From Ginglymostoma cirratum (taxonomy: Eukaryota), in contig JAHRHZ010000066.1 in the NCBI GenBank assembly GCA_024137785.1, forward strand, positions 1,224,491 to 1,288,490: DNA of 64,000 bases, given 5' to 3'. Under the pieces are notes generated by a model. That model was not told the origin of the DNA. It saw nothing but the letters and a program-made list of their open reading frames with translations, and made no database searches. A program made the position numbers and the translations under genes. This document shows, piece after piece, positions 39,478 to 51,559 of the stretch; within the stretch, counting starts at the first letter, position 1; every line of letters starts with the position of its first letter.

Positions 39478-40458
39478 TTTTTGACATTTATATCAATGAC
39501 TTGAATGAATATAGAAGGTATGGTTAGTAAGTTTGCAGCTAACACCAAAATAGGTTGTGTAGTGGACAGTGAAGAAGGTTATCTCAGCTACAATGGGACC
39601 TTGATCAGGTGGGCAAAAGGGCTGAAGAGTGGCAGATATAGTTTAATTTAGATGAATATGAGGTGCTGCATGTTCGAAAGGCAAATCAGGGCAGGACTTA
39701 CATGCTTAGTGCTAAGATCCAGGGGAGTGTTGCCGAGCAAAGAGATCTTGGGTGCAGGTTTGTAGTGCCTTAAAAGCGGAGTTGCAGGTAGACAGGGTGT
39801 TTAGTAGGTGGTGTTTGGTACTCTTGCCTTTATTGGTCGCTGCATTGAGTATAGGAGTTGGGAGGTCGTGTCGAGGCTGTACAGCACAATGGTTAGGCCA
39901 CTTTTGGAATGCTGCATTCAATTCTGGTCTCCCTCGCTTGTAGAAAAGTTATTGTGAAACTTGGAAGTGTTCAGAAAAGATTTACAGGGAGGTTACTAGG
40001 GTTGGAGGGTTTGAGCTACAGAGAGAGGCTGAATGGGCTGGGGCTATTTTCCCTGGAGCGTTGGAGGTTGAAGGGTGACATTTTAGAGGTTTATAAAATG
40101 ATGAGGGTGAGTAGTCAAGGTCTTTTCCCCAGGGTAGGGGAGTCAAACTAGGGGACAGAGGTTTAAGGTGAAAAGGGAAAGATTTAAAAGGGACCGAAGG
40201 GGTGACTTTTTCACGCAGAAGGTGGTGCATGTATGGAATGAGCTGCTAGAGGAGGTGGTGGAGGTGGTGGAGGTGGGTACAATTACAACATTTAAAAGAC
40301 ATCGGGATGAATATATGAATAGGAAGGGTTTTGAGGGATATGGGTCAAATGCTGACAAATGGGACTAGATTAATTTAGGATATCTGGCCAGCATGGACAA
40401 GTTGGGCCAAAGGGTGCATTTCCCTTTGTACATCTCAATGATTGTATAACTCTATCTA
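39478..40458 (+). mobile_element. Younger 5'-truncated CR1 LINE (RT C-terminus and 3' UTR)
   Basis: IYINDL / SKFAANTK (FADD motif) ~39487-39550, and ORFs 39909..40151 (GLSYRERLNGLGLFSLERWRLKGD) and 40168..40368 (FFTQKVVHVWNEL). Confidence 0.9.
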
Positions 40459-41231
40459 TACAAATGAAAGAAGCAGACACTGTTGAGCCAGAGATTTTAT
40501 TGGTTCTGATTGTTTCTACCTTAAGTACACCTTATAGGAAATATTATCATAGCTTGGTGTTGTCCTAAAGCTAATAAATAATTGCAAATTAATTTGTGGG
40601 AAAGTATCTTAATTCCTTGAATCCCAGTGGGAGAATACACAATTATGAAAGAAATTTTCTAGATATTTCATGATCTTAAAGTTAACATCATGAGAAAACA
40701 ATTGGGTGAAATTGTTGCCATACATGTCCAATGTAGAGTGGCTGTCCAAATGTGATGCATTGAATGAGTTGAGTTGTGGAAAATACACTGTAACTGTCGA
40801 GTTTCAGAATATTACATTTCAGAAATAGGCCAGTCAGCCTACCATATTTGTACAAGTGTTTTGTTCAACAGGAGTTACTTTGGCTGACTGTGCTTTGCTC
40901 AACTATCAGGTATAAAATTTATTTCTGAAATAATTATAAATATTGATTGAACCATTTATCTAAATAATTCTGCATTCTAACTGCCCTCTCAGTAAAGAAT
41001 TAATTTTCCTAACCTTCCTTTCAGATTGTCTTAAATTTGTGTCCACTCATTAGCATCTCATTGATCGTGGGAACAATTTATCTTGAGGCTGACACTTCAT
41101 AATCTTGTAAACCTTGAATAGATTACTGCTTGAACTTTTCTGACCAGTGTATGTTTTAAAAAAGCCCCAAATTCTCCAGTCTCTTTTCATAGCTGTAGAA
41201 CAGCCCAGCGAATCTCTGCAACACATATTGT

Positions 41232-41520
41232 GGGCAGTACAGTAGCTCAGTGGTTAGCACTGCTCCCTCAGCACCAGAAATCTGGGTTTGATTCTCCCCG
41301 TGTTCCCGTTTCCTGTCACAGTTCAAAGATGTGCAAGTCGGATGGTCTGGCCATGCTTAATTGCCCATAGTGTCTAGGGATGTGCAGGCTAGGTGGGATA
41401 GCCATGGGATAACTTAGGGGAATGGGTCTAGTTGGGATGCTCTTTGGAGGATCAGTGTGGACTTCATGGGCCAAATGGCCTATTTCCACACTGTAGGGAT
41501 TCTGTGATTCTATGATTCAT
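41232..41520 (+). mobile_element. HE1-type SINE with internal deletion
   Basis: cagtagctcagtggttagcactg...gggtttgattc, caaagatgtgcaag, and tail ccacactgtagggattctgtgattctatgattc. Confidence 0.8.
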
Positions 41521-42905
41521 ATCCATTATTTATTTTTCAATGTTTCCTGTAAGGAAGTCATAAAACAGTACACAGTGCTGAATGTACAAACAGATGTATA
41601 CCATGTGACCCCTCAGGTCTGCTGTACCACTCATTAAGATCATGACTTATCTGATTGTGGCTTCAACTCCACATTCCTACCCATCCCCAATATTCTTTTG
41701 ACACCTTCAGTTAGTCAGGAATCTTTTGGCCCCCTTGTTAAAAACATTCAATGACTTAGCCTCCATTGCGTTCTAGGAAAGTGAATTCCAAAGTTTCTCA
41801 ATGCCCTCAGAGAAAATAATTCTTCCCATCTTCAACTCAGTCTTAAATGGAAGGCCACATCTTTGAAACTGTGGCTCTTAGCTCTAGCCTTAATAAGGTA
41901 GCTGAAGAAGTCTTACACTAATTAGCTCAAATTTATCTGCGTGCTTTAATGTTAGTGTCTCTAGATACAGGCTCAAGGGTTCTGTCTGTACTTTTTTCAA
42001 GGCTTTATCATCTTGGTCCACCACTTTTAATCACCTCGGTGTCTGTACACACAGTCCTGTCTGTTTTTCACCATTTAATATTGCATCAGTCAAAATGTAT
42101 TCCCTCCCCTTTGTCTTATCTTCTACATAGGCCATTATTACCATTTGAACATGTTCTGCTTGGTGTTAAATTGGTTAAGGGTTCACATGCTCCGAGTTTG
42201 GTAGATAGTTTTAGCCATTCTGCCAATAAGTGAAAGGTGACTCATTTGCTGCCTGGATTATGCACAGGTTTAATTCTTCGTTTTATGCTTTAAAAGTCTT
42301 TTGAACATTTCTAAGCTATTTGTTAAGGCTGCAGCCAACTCGTATTTCCCATGGTTGCATTCAGTCACCTTAATTAAGGAGGAATTTGGTCTTTGACTGA
42401 CTAGATTGATTGACATCTCAGAGGTAACACCCTATTGGCCATTCCCTTTTGCAGAGGCATTCTGTATCTTCCATTGTAAGCCTGACATACCTGCTGTATT
42501 TCTGCTTGGCAATTTTGTTTTGAATGATTTGATGTTTAGCGAATAGAGTTCAGCGTTGCAATCTATCAGTTTAGGCGGTTACAAAGATCTGAATGATGGT
42601 AGGTACCAACTCAAACCCTCTCTCTGGCAACAGTCTGGAACTAAACCAGACTGCTTGCAATCTTGGTATCCTATCTAATTTCACGATAAACTTCCAGTCA
42701 CACTCACATTATCATCAAGACTGCTTACTTTCACTTGCACAACATTGCCTGTCACAGCTATCAACAGCCAAAACCCTCATTTGTCTCTTTATTACTTCTC
42801 AACTTGACCAATCCTGACTACTCTCCCACTTTTGTAAACATGACATTAATGTAACATCTCCTGTCTGTGTCCTATCTGGCACCAAATTCTGTTCACTTTA
42901 CCACT

Positions 42906-43625
42906 CAGAGTCATAGAGTCCTACAGCACAGAGACAGGCCCTTTGGGCCAAACTGGTCCGTGTCAACCAAAATGTCCCTGCACTTGGCCCATATCCTTCT
43001 AAACTTTCCTATCCATGTATTCGTCCAAATGCCTTTTAAATGTTGTTAATGTACCCGCCTCAACCACTACCGCTAGCGGCCCATTCCATATGCGTACCAC
43101 CCTCTGTGTAAAAAAAAAAATTACCCCTCAGGTTCCTATGTATTATTTCCCCTCTTAACCTAAACTGATGCCCTCTAGTTCTTGATTCCCCAACCCTGGG
43201 AAAAAGGCTGAGTGCATGCACCCTATCCATGCTTCTCATGATCACTTTTGTAAGATCCCCCTTAGTCTCCTACGCTCTCAAGAAAAACGTCCTAGCTTGT
43301 CCAACCTCCTCTAAAACTCAGTCCCTTGAGTCCTGGCAACATCTTTGTAAATTTCTTCTGCACTCTTTTCAGTGACTTTTTCCCAGCTACCATCAGATCT
43401 AAGAAAGGGTCACCGGACCAGAATTGTTAACTCTAATTTTTTTCTTCACCGATGCAGCCAGACTTGCTGAGCTTTTCCAGCAACTTCTGTTTTTGTTCCA
43501 TATAGATTCTGTCTACTGCCCTGCCCTCATCAACCTTCCTGGTCACTTCATCAAAGAACTCTAACAAATTTGTGAGGCACGATCTCCCGTGATTACTCCT
43601 AATCAAACCCAGTCTTTCCAGATGC
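42906..43625 (-). mobile_element. CR1 LINE fragments (3' end joined to an upstream RT piece)
   Basis: ORFs 43060..43245 (LFPRVGESRTRGHQFRLRG) and 43433..43627 (GRSCLTNLLEFFDEVTRKVDEGRAVD); reverse tail cagagtcatagagtc. Confidence 0.85.
43372..43499 (+). mobile_element. Penelope-derived family B monomer (decayed core) at a CR1 deletion junction
   Basis: ttttcccagctaccatcagatctaagaaagggtcaccggaccagaattgttaactct...ctgagcttttccagcaacttctgtttttgttcc. Confidence 0.7.
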
Positions 43626-45799
43626 ACTCCTGTGCTTTGCAGGCCTACATTAGCTCAGGATCCCAATTTCAAAATGATCAATTAATTTACTACTTTCAAA
43701 ATTCTCATGCTTTATTAAAATCCCTCCAAGATCTTGCTCATCCCTATCTCTAATCTCTTCTAACCCCACAACCTTCCGAGATATCTGTGCTACTTTCATT
43801 GTGACCTCTTGTGTATTCCCAATCATCTTCAGTGGCCATGCCTTCAGTTGCCTTAGCACCAGGCTATTGAATACACTCCCTAAATCTCTCTGACTCTCTG
43901 CACTACTTTCCTTTTTTTAAGTTTCTCCTTAAAACATACCTTTTAGACCAAGCTTTTGTTCAGCTGATCTAATTTCTCCTTGTGTGGCTGTGTAGGTGTC
44001 GTACTTAGCTTTACAATGCATATGTGAAACACTTTGGGATATTCAATTATCTGAAGGTTCTAAAGCCATGCTGGGGTCAATGACCTAAGCTCTGTCCTGT
44101 TATCGTATGTAATTAGTATTGTTGAGAGTTTATGACTAGCTGGTATAACTAGCAGCCGGCAGGAAGCTTAGATGCATCAGAAAGCAGGAACTAAACTAGG
44201 CAATAACTGGAATATTGGAGTTAATGCATGTTAATACCCTCTTGCCCTTTCTTATAAGCCAGCCATAAAATTTGCTTTTGAGAAACAGACTTTTAAGTAA
44301 AACTGTTCCCTTTTTATGGTTGAACTGCTTAGATATCCCAGCTACCTTGGAAATCACATTGAGTTGGAATCACTTTGCAAATGCATTTCAGTTTTTAGAA
44401 ATTTCCATTCCGTGCTTTGAGATATGCATAATTTAGATTGGATCAGAGCAAAAAGTTGACTGAATTCAAAGGGAGCAAGATTTGATATCCCACCCAAAAA
44501 CAGATTCTAACTGCACATTATGTATTAAAGTTTTCTTCCACCTTAAATCTAATTCTCAACTCTTTTGCCAATGGCAAGTTTCTCCCTATCCTCTCTATGT
44601 AGATGTTCATGAATTTGATCACCTCCATCATATCTCTCAATTTTTGCTTGTCTAAGGAGAATAGCCTGTCTCATCTATGATTCTCCTGGAGTCTTTTTCA
44701 TTCTTGGGAAAACAGCAGTGCAGGTTTCGAATCCACATTTCAAGATTCACCTGGTGCATCTCATGCCAATGCTCCAAAAGGTCATTTTTTATGCCAAAAA
44801 TTCATCAAGAATTCGGATATGCAACTCCCAAATTGACTAATATGAATTAATTCATTTGATCCCTCTTAAGTTCTTTGGTTACATTTCAGCAACAAAGTCT
44901 AGAACTCTATGAAATGATGCAAAAGAAAACTTATCTCAAGTTAGACTGATTGCAGCATGAGTTTGATGAAGCTTGTCGAAATACAAATGACATTGCAGCA
45001 AGGTCAATTAAAAATAAAACTCGTAGTGCTTTGTAACATCATCTGAACTTAACCAAATAAGGTTCTGGCATTTTATAGAACTTTTATGGTTGTCTCTAAC
45101 TCAGCGTGCAATGCAAACAAAAAAAATGAAAGCGAGCCTTCAAACTTGGTTGAAGTCTAGTGAACTGGAGCTCATTCAAAATTATAATTCTGTGAGCTTC
45201 TTCAATTATAGACTGTTGTACGTCTCCAATATTTTAGCACTCTGTGATTGGTAACCATGCTTTCCACCGTCTTGGGCCTAGTCTGGCACTACTTCCCTAA
45301 TTCTCTTCACCTCCCTCCCCTTTTAAATTCATTTTAACGTTACGTTTTTGAGCGAGTTGTGGTACTAATTTCTCCTTTTGTGCCTCCATGTCAAATTGTT
45401 CATAAACTGTGAAGTATGTTGGGATTTCTTTTTCTATGTTAAAGATCAAATGTATAACAAAATATTCCTCTCTGTCCTGTTGAGTATTTTTTGTTCTTCT
45501 ATCTAAATGGGTATTATGTTTGTGTTCATGACCAGAAAATGTCAAATTTAAACTAAGTTTTGTCATTCATCCATAGAGATCCTCTTCTATTTATCTGGTT
45601 GGGAAAATCTGATACAAATTATTCATGTTTAACCTGTTATTAAAAAACGTTAAAAACCATACTTGCTCGATCTGGTTTTATTGCCTCGAGATTTGCATTC
45701 CAGTCTATACTGGAAGGATTAAAGTGACCTATGACTCTATTGTTTTCTGGACATAGCCTATCTTGTATAGGTTGTGCTCATCCTTGTATTATAGTTGGA

Positions 45800-46140
45800 G
45801 TGTGTACTACCTGCAGGGAGTACTGTAACAATTTGCCAATTAAAGCAGCTTCGGCCGCATTCCAAAATCTGACTCTTACCACCAAGAAGGATAGATGCCG
45901 TACATGCATGAGAACTCTCTGCAAGTCACAGACAATTCTAAATTAGAAACGTTCCACAGTTCCTTCATTGTCACTAGGTCAAAATCCTAGAGCCCTCTGC
46001 CTAATAGCATTGAGGAAGTAGCTTCCCCACATGGACTGAAGTGGTTCGAAAATAAAGTCCATCATCACATTCTCAGCGCAACTAGGTAGGTCAATCAATG
46101 CTGGACTTGCCAGCAGCAGTCACAATCCACAAATGAATGG
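45800..46140 (+). mobile_element. 3' end of the same LINE family as 690-1300
   Basis: tccttcattgtcactaggtcaaaatcctag...ccacatggactgaagtggttc...aatgctggacttgccagc...aatgaatg. Confidence 0.6.
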
Positions 46141-46240
46141 TTTAAGATTCTGATTCTGCCCAGAAAGCAAGCAGCAGACCTCCATAATTAGCCCTGTCCT
46201 CCTGCTTGTGAAGTTGAGTGAGACCAGTTCATTTTTTTTG

Positions 46241-46456
46241 TAAAAACTGAAAGAACTGTGGATGCTGTAAATCAGGAACAAAAACAGAAGTTACCATAAA
46301 TGATCAGATGTGGCAGCATCTGTGAAGGAAAATCAAAATTAACGTTTCAGGTCCAGTGACCCTTCTTCAGAACTGACCTGAAACATTAACTCTGATTTTT
46401 CATCACAGATGCTACCAGACTGGCTGAGCTTTTCCAGCAACTTCTGTTTTTGTTCC
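46241..46456. mobile_element. Penelope-derived family B inverted duplication with minus-strand hammerhead core
   Basis: Minus strand 46374-46337 reads AGTT-CTGAAGA-A-GGGTC-ACTG-GACCT-GAAAC-GTT-AATT; the second arm begins gacctgaaacattaactctg at ~46375. Confidence 0.8.
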
Positions 46457-49400
46457 TATTTTCTTTCTGTGCTGCTTAGAGATAGCAAGTCCACTGACTT
46501 CTTTTGAACACATAAAGTTGCGAGATTCCTTTTTCTCCCTTCTATTCCAGATCTTTCCATTTGACTGAACCATGGATTAATTTTCCATTCGTGGATGTGA
46601 GCTACATAAATAGCTGCAATAATTACCTGCTGCACAAACACCTTGACCTCTAGAATATTGTATCAAATGCATCTTGCAATGAGGCAAAGACACTAATTTG
46701 GAGTTGATATGCTTTTTAGATTGGATTGTTTTATTTTCGTATTTGTTCACTTTCTGCATTCTCTTCCACTTCTTGGGCCTTCTTCAAACTAATTTTTTAA
46801 TCATTAAAATCTGATCTTCCTCTGTCCCCCTCTAATTCAAAGCAGCCTCAGTTCCTTCCACTACATTGATCCTGCTTCTGATTTCCTATTTAGACTTAAC
46901 CCACCTTGCTACTGATTATGTTTTCAAAAAGGAGCTATTTTTATTGTTGGATATCTTCCAAAATGTCTGAAAGGTGATTTACAGGAAACTTAGTGAAATT
47001 ATTTATAAAATCAGCTCCAAAGCGACCTCTGCATTATCCACAATTCTCTCTGTTTGCTCTCTGCATTAGCTAAGAAGTAGTGATAACCCAGAAAACACAC
47101 ATTTGTGACATTTCACTTATCTTCACTTTCTAAGAATCTGTCTTAATCTACTTTTAAGCTTCTTTGCCATCCTCTGTTTTTAGTTCATAAATTGTTTGCT
47201 ACTGACTCTGGTCTTGTTCCATGAAGTATCTTCTCAATGTCGGTAGCCTTAGACCCTAACAGTTAAAAACTTCACTTGTTAACATTTTTAACAGTAGGAA
47301 CTAACTTTTACCTTGGATTGCAATTCTCTCAAGTCGGCATGATGTGTTTGGACATTCTATTAATAAAACTATTAGCTGCAGTATTAAATTCTCTGTACTC
47401 CCTTTTCCCCTTCCTCATTATCCTTGTAGATATTTTCCAAGCCATAATGAGGCACAACAGAATATAGCCAAATTCATAAAGGGATGCTTATGATGTACAT
47501 GATGTGTTGTACATTTGAAGTAATAAAAAGCCTGTTGAACACCTTGGCGCATTTACATTCTTTCAGCCCTTTGGTAGGACATTCTATGAAGAGCAAACAA
47601 ACACTTAGACTTCAAGGTTCTAACCTAATTGGCAGGGCTGCTTCAGATTTTGAATTAACATTGTTTGCTAAGGGCCAGACATTACATACAAATTCCTTTC
47701 ACCTCTTCAATTCAATTCTAAGTGCATGAAATATTCCAGGAATGGACTGGGTGTTCCAATTTCTGCTTGCTGATTGTAGCAAATTAAAATTTCTGGGAAA
47801 ATGAGTCCAGAGAATCATTTGGCTTTTAACCAACAGTTGAGCTCTTCTGCATTTCCAAAACTTCTGATGAACACTTCTGCCTTTGACAGGTCTCCTGACG
47901 GTAGTTGACTCAATTTTGCTGCATTATTTGGTGTGTGGTGGGTTGATGTGGTTGCGGAGGATGGGGATTGTGGTTGGTTGTGTGATGTGGTGAAGTGGTG
48001 AGTGTGTTTCTTTATATTTTAAACTTGTGGTCTCCATAGATGACAAAGAGCAGTTCTGAAGGAATAGCTGCACTTTACCCCTTTGGATTAGTCTGTATTT
48101 AAACAAGCTATTATTATGTTGTGTAACTGTATAGGAGTCCGTAGGAAGGTGATTAACATTAGCAAAGTTTGGGAATTTGCAGTATCATTTAATGAACCCA
48201 GTGAAGGTGCAGCTTGTATACTTTGTCAGTAAACCATCTTCATGACATATAGCACTGTCTGTAGACAGAGATAACAGAATATTGATTGTAGGAAAGGTTG
48301 TGACTGTGAAGTGTAGAGATGGCTAATGTTTACACACATTGATCCGTGACCAAATCAAAGAGACAAATCTGTGACCATGAAAGCTCAACCTGTTGGAAAT
48401 CTGTCTGTGAACTGTGTGCACAGGTTTAAAGGGTTTGATAACTGTGCACCCATTATAACATATGACCAGAAGTGTCAACCTGAAAATGTAGCAAAAGCTG
48501 GTGGCTCAGAAATAACCTTGAGCATAAACCTTTAGCTGTGAAGAAGAGGAGAGGCACTGACATTGCAGTGGGACGTGGCTGAGCAATTGCTGAAGGTATG
48601 GCTACACTCAACATTTAATCACATTAAATCCAGAGAAAAAATCCTAAAGGCGATAAAAGCATGATTTGCAGAAATGATTGACGGTCACAAAAGGATTGTG
48701 AGCAAATAAACTTAAACAAACTGGGGAGAAAAAAGGCCAAATTATTGAATGTTCTATTAACTTCCAGTTCTTATCAAATCCTACTAATGACCAAGATTGG
48801 TTCTTTCAGATTCCAGTTGTATTTTATTACTGATCTAGTTGGAATGTATGGACAAAGTCTGTATATCAATAAATTTTCATTTCTTTACTTAATCTCTGAA
48901 GCTGGTGGTTGCCCTGTGTAGCCAGAGTGGATTCCGGGTCAGTGCAACAGAAAATAACAAACCTGCCCAATAGAAAATCAACAACAAGTTGTTTGGAGTT
49001 GAACAAATATCTTTCATCAGTGATTCGAAGACAGTGCTTAAATCCAAGTGAAAATACCAGCCTGACTGCAGATGAACTAATCTAATCAGTGCCTTACATT
49101 TGGTATACTAAACTGCCCAAAATCAGGATGATACGTTATTTGATGCACTCAGCTGACCTAAGCCACCTGATACCAAGATAATACAGAATTGTAACATTGA
49201 CAGCTGGAAGGCTTCAAATACTTTTTAGTTTGTTGTTGTTAGATATGTGCAACGTCCTTGAACCACATTGTATGTTCTCCTTAGATAGTACATTGGAATC
49301 AAGAATGGGTTCAATAGGTTCTGAAATGACTGATAAATCCAATGCAGAGTCTACAGACTCAGCCAAATATAGTGCAGGGGCTGTTTGAAGGCTGGGTCAG

Positions 49401-50235
49401 ATGAAGTGTTTATGTGATCATTCTTAGCTTACCAACAGAGGTAAAAGGCATAGTTGTGTTAACTTTCAGTTTTGCTTCTACTGTTGGCATCAGACTCTGC
49501 TTCACTGCTGTTGTAACCTGTCTATGTTCAGTGCGTTTGAAGAAGATTTTCATTTGTTTTGGATGGCCACAAGCCAGGGACTCCCATGAGTTGACCTCTT
49601 CGGGGATACTTCAAGGACATCCCAGAGTGATTTTACTGTCCTCCTGGGAGTCTCCTAGTGCATCTGAGTTCCACAGAATCATTCCTTAGGGAGTCTGATT
49701 TCAGGCATTAGAACAACATTTTGCACCCAAAGGAGCTGTTTTATGTTACTGGTGTCTCAATGTTGGTTCGGGGGAGGATGGTGTTGTGGTGTTTCTTGCC
49801 ACTGGATTTGAAGGACCATACAAAGGTAACATTAGTGATACTTCTCAGTGGCTCAAAGTGCCCACTGTGGGTACCATGAGGTCCAGGACCACCACCTTTT
49901 TGTTGAGTAGACAATGACTGCGAGAAGTTGTTTTAATGTGAGGTGGTTGTTGCATGTTGACTGTCAAATGGACTCAGAAGAGTCGGACTTTGCTCCAATA
50001 ACAAGGAGGATCCCAGACAATTGCAGGCCAAAGCCTGTTGTGAGACATTAACAGTATCTGTGCATGATCATCCACAGGTGAATATGTTATCTGTAAAACA
50101 CCCTTCTCAACTGTTGAGACTTAGTAAGGTACTGTGCATAATCTCTGTATCATGCATCACTGTAGATGGATTCTCCAGTCGTCTGATGAGAAACCTACAA
50201 TACTTTAAGAGAACAGCAGACTGATTGTGATATAT

Positions 50236-50322
50236 CAAGGTGTAGAGCTGAACACAGCAGGCCAAGCAGCATCAGAGGAGCAGGAAAGCTGACGTTTCGG
50301 GTCTAGACCCTTCTTCAGAAAT
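50236..50322 (-). mobile_element. Penelope-derived family A monomer with hammerhead-like core
   Basis: Minus strand 50318-50291 reads CTGAAGA-A-GGGTCTAGACCC-GAAACGTC, followed by the family body. Confidence 0.8.
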
Positions 50323-51559
50323 TTTGTATCAGGTTTCACTGACCTGTTCAGAGTTTTATTTCCTATTGGAGAAAGCCAAAGCCTTATATTCTAGAAAAAT
50401 TCTTATCACAAAATGCTGCCTTATGCAGTGCAGAGGACTTACGGAATGTACAGAGTTTCACCTATACAACGTGGTCCATTGTTGGAAGCTTAGATCTAAA
50501 GGAAAGCCTTGAATGCACTATTCAATCAAATGTTCCTCAGACAGATACATCACTGGCTACTGATTGAAGTTGTTCATCCTCCAACCTCTGAATCTACCAA
50601 AGTCATGTTTGTTTCTTCCCAGTAACCATAAGACTTTTTCAATTACTAAATCTGTACAAGTTTTTGCTGAATTATTAAGATCCTTAATCACTGAGTTGAG
50701 ACAACCCAAACATGTTCCTGCATCTGAGAAAAGCAGCTCACACTCACTATGGTTCAAGATCCTGCAGTCACTGATCATAACTGTCCACTTTCTTTACTTT
50801 AAACAAATAGGTAGTAACTTTGCCGTTTCATTCAACTCGGAACTGAGCTTCTGATTCTGTCCATTACTGCCTCAGTCCATCTCTTGTTGAAACTCCAATC
50901 CATGTTTAGTATACTTCCAGACATAGCTCCTCTACTGTTCTCCTGGCTGATCTTCCATTGTTTATGCGGTGTAAACTTTGTATTCTATACTGCCATTGAT
51001 TACGTTCACCCTTTGCTCCTCAAGCTGACCTGCGTTGGTTCCTTGTCCCCCAAACCCTCCCATTGAGAATTCTCAGCTTTAATTCTAAATCTCTTCTTTG
51101 CAATGTCTATTCTCCAGCCACACAACAAGAACATTCCAACTCTGATCTATTGTATGCTCTTTCCTATTTGCACATTTTGCTTCTGATTGTCTAAACCCAA
51201 CACTCTGGAACTCCCTTCCCCTAATAGCTTGCAGTTTTCACAGGGTGAAAGAGGAGAGGTTAGTGCTGGCACAGAAGTGGAGAACAATAGTAGGAGGAGG
51301 GCGGTGGTCATTTCCATAGCCATCAATAATGACACCTCCTCCACCACTGTCACACATAGTCACCCTTCTGGAATCTCCCTAGCTGATCCAATATTCGTTC
51401 TTACACCTTATGAATCATCCTGGGATATTTTCATCACTGATATGGTTGGCGATGTTTTAATCTAATTGGCGGGGGTTTGAAAAAGTAAAAACAAGGTGCT
51501 TATAGGAGTGAGAGTTTTGGATAGTACTGAAAAAGGATGTAATGCCAAATTAAATAAGA

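Larger units (their letters stand above)
42540..44060 (+). mobile_element. L2 LINE 3' fragment split by a CR1 insertion
   Basis: NLGIL / AKTLI.LFITSQLD remnants (ORF 42593..42817). Resumes at ~43630 with ggccatgccttcagttgcct...ctccttaaaacataccttttagaccaagctttt. Confidence 0.65.
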
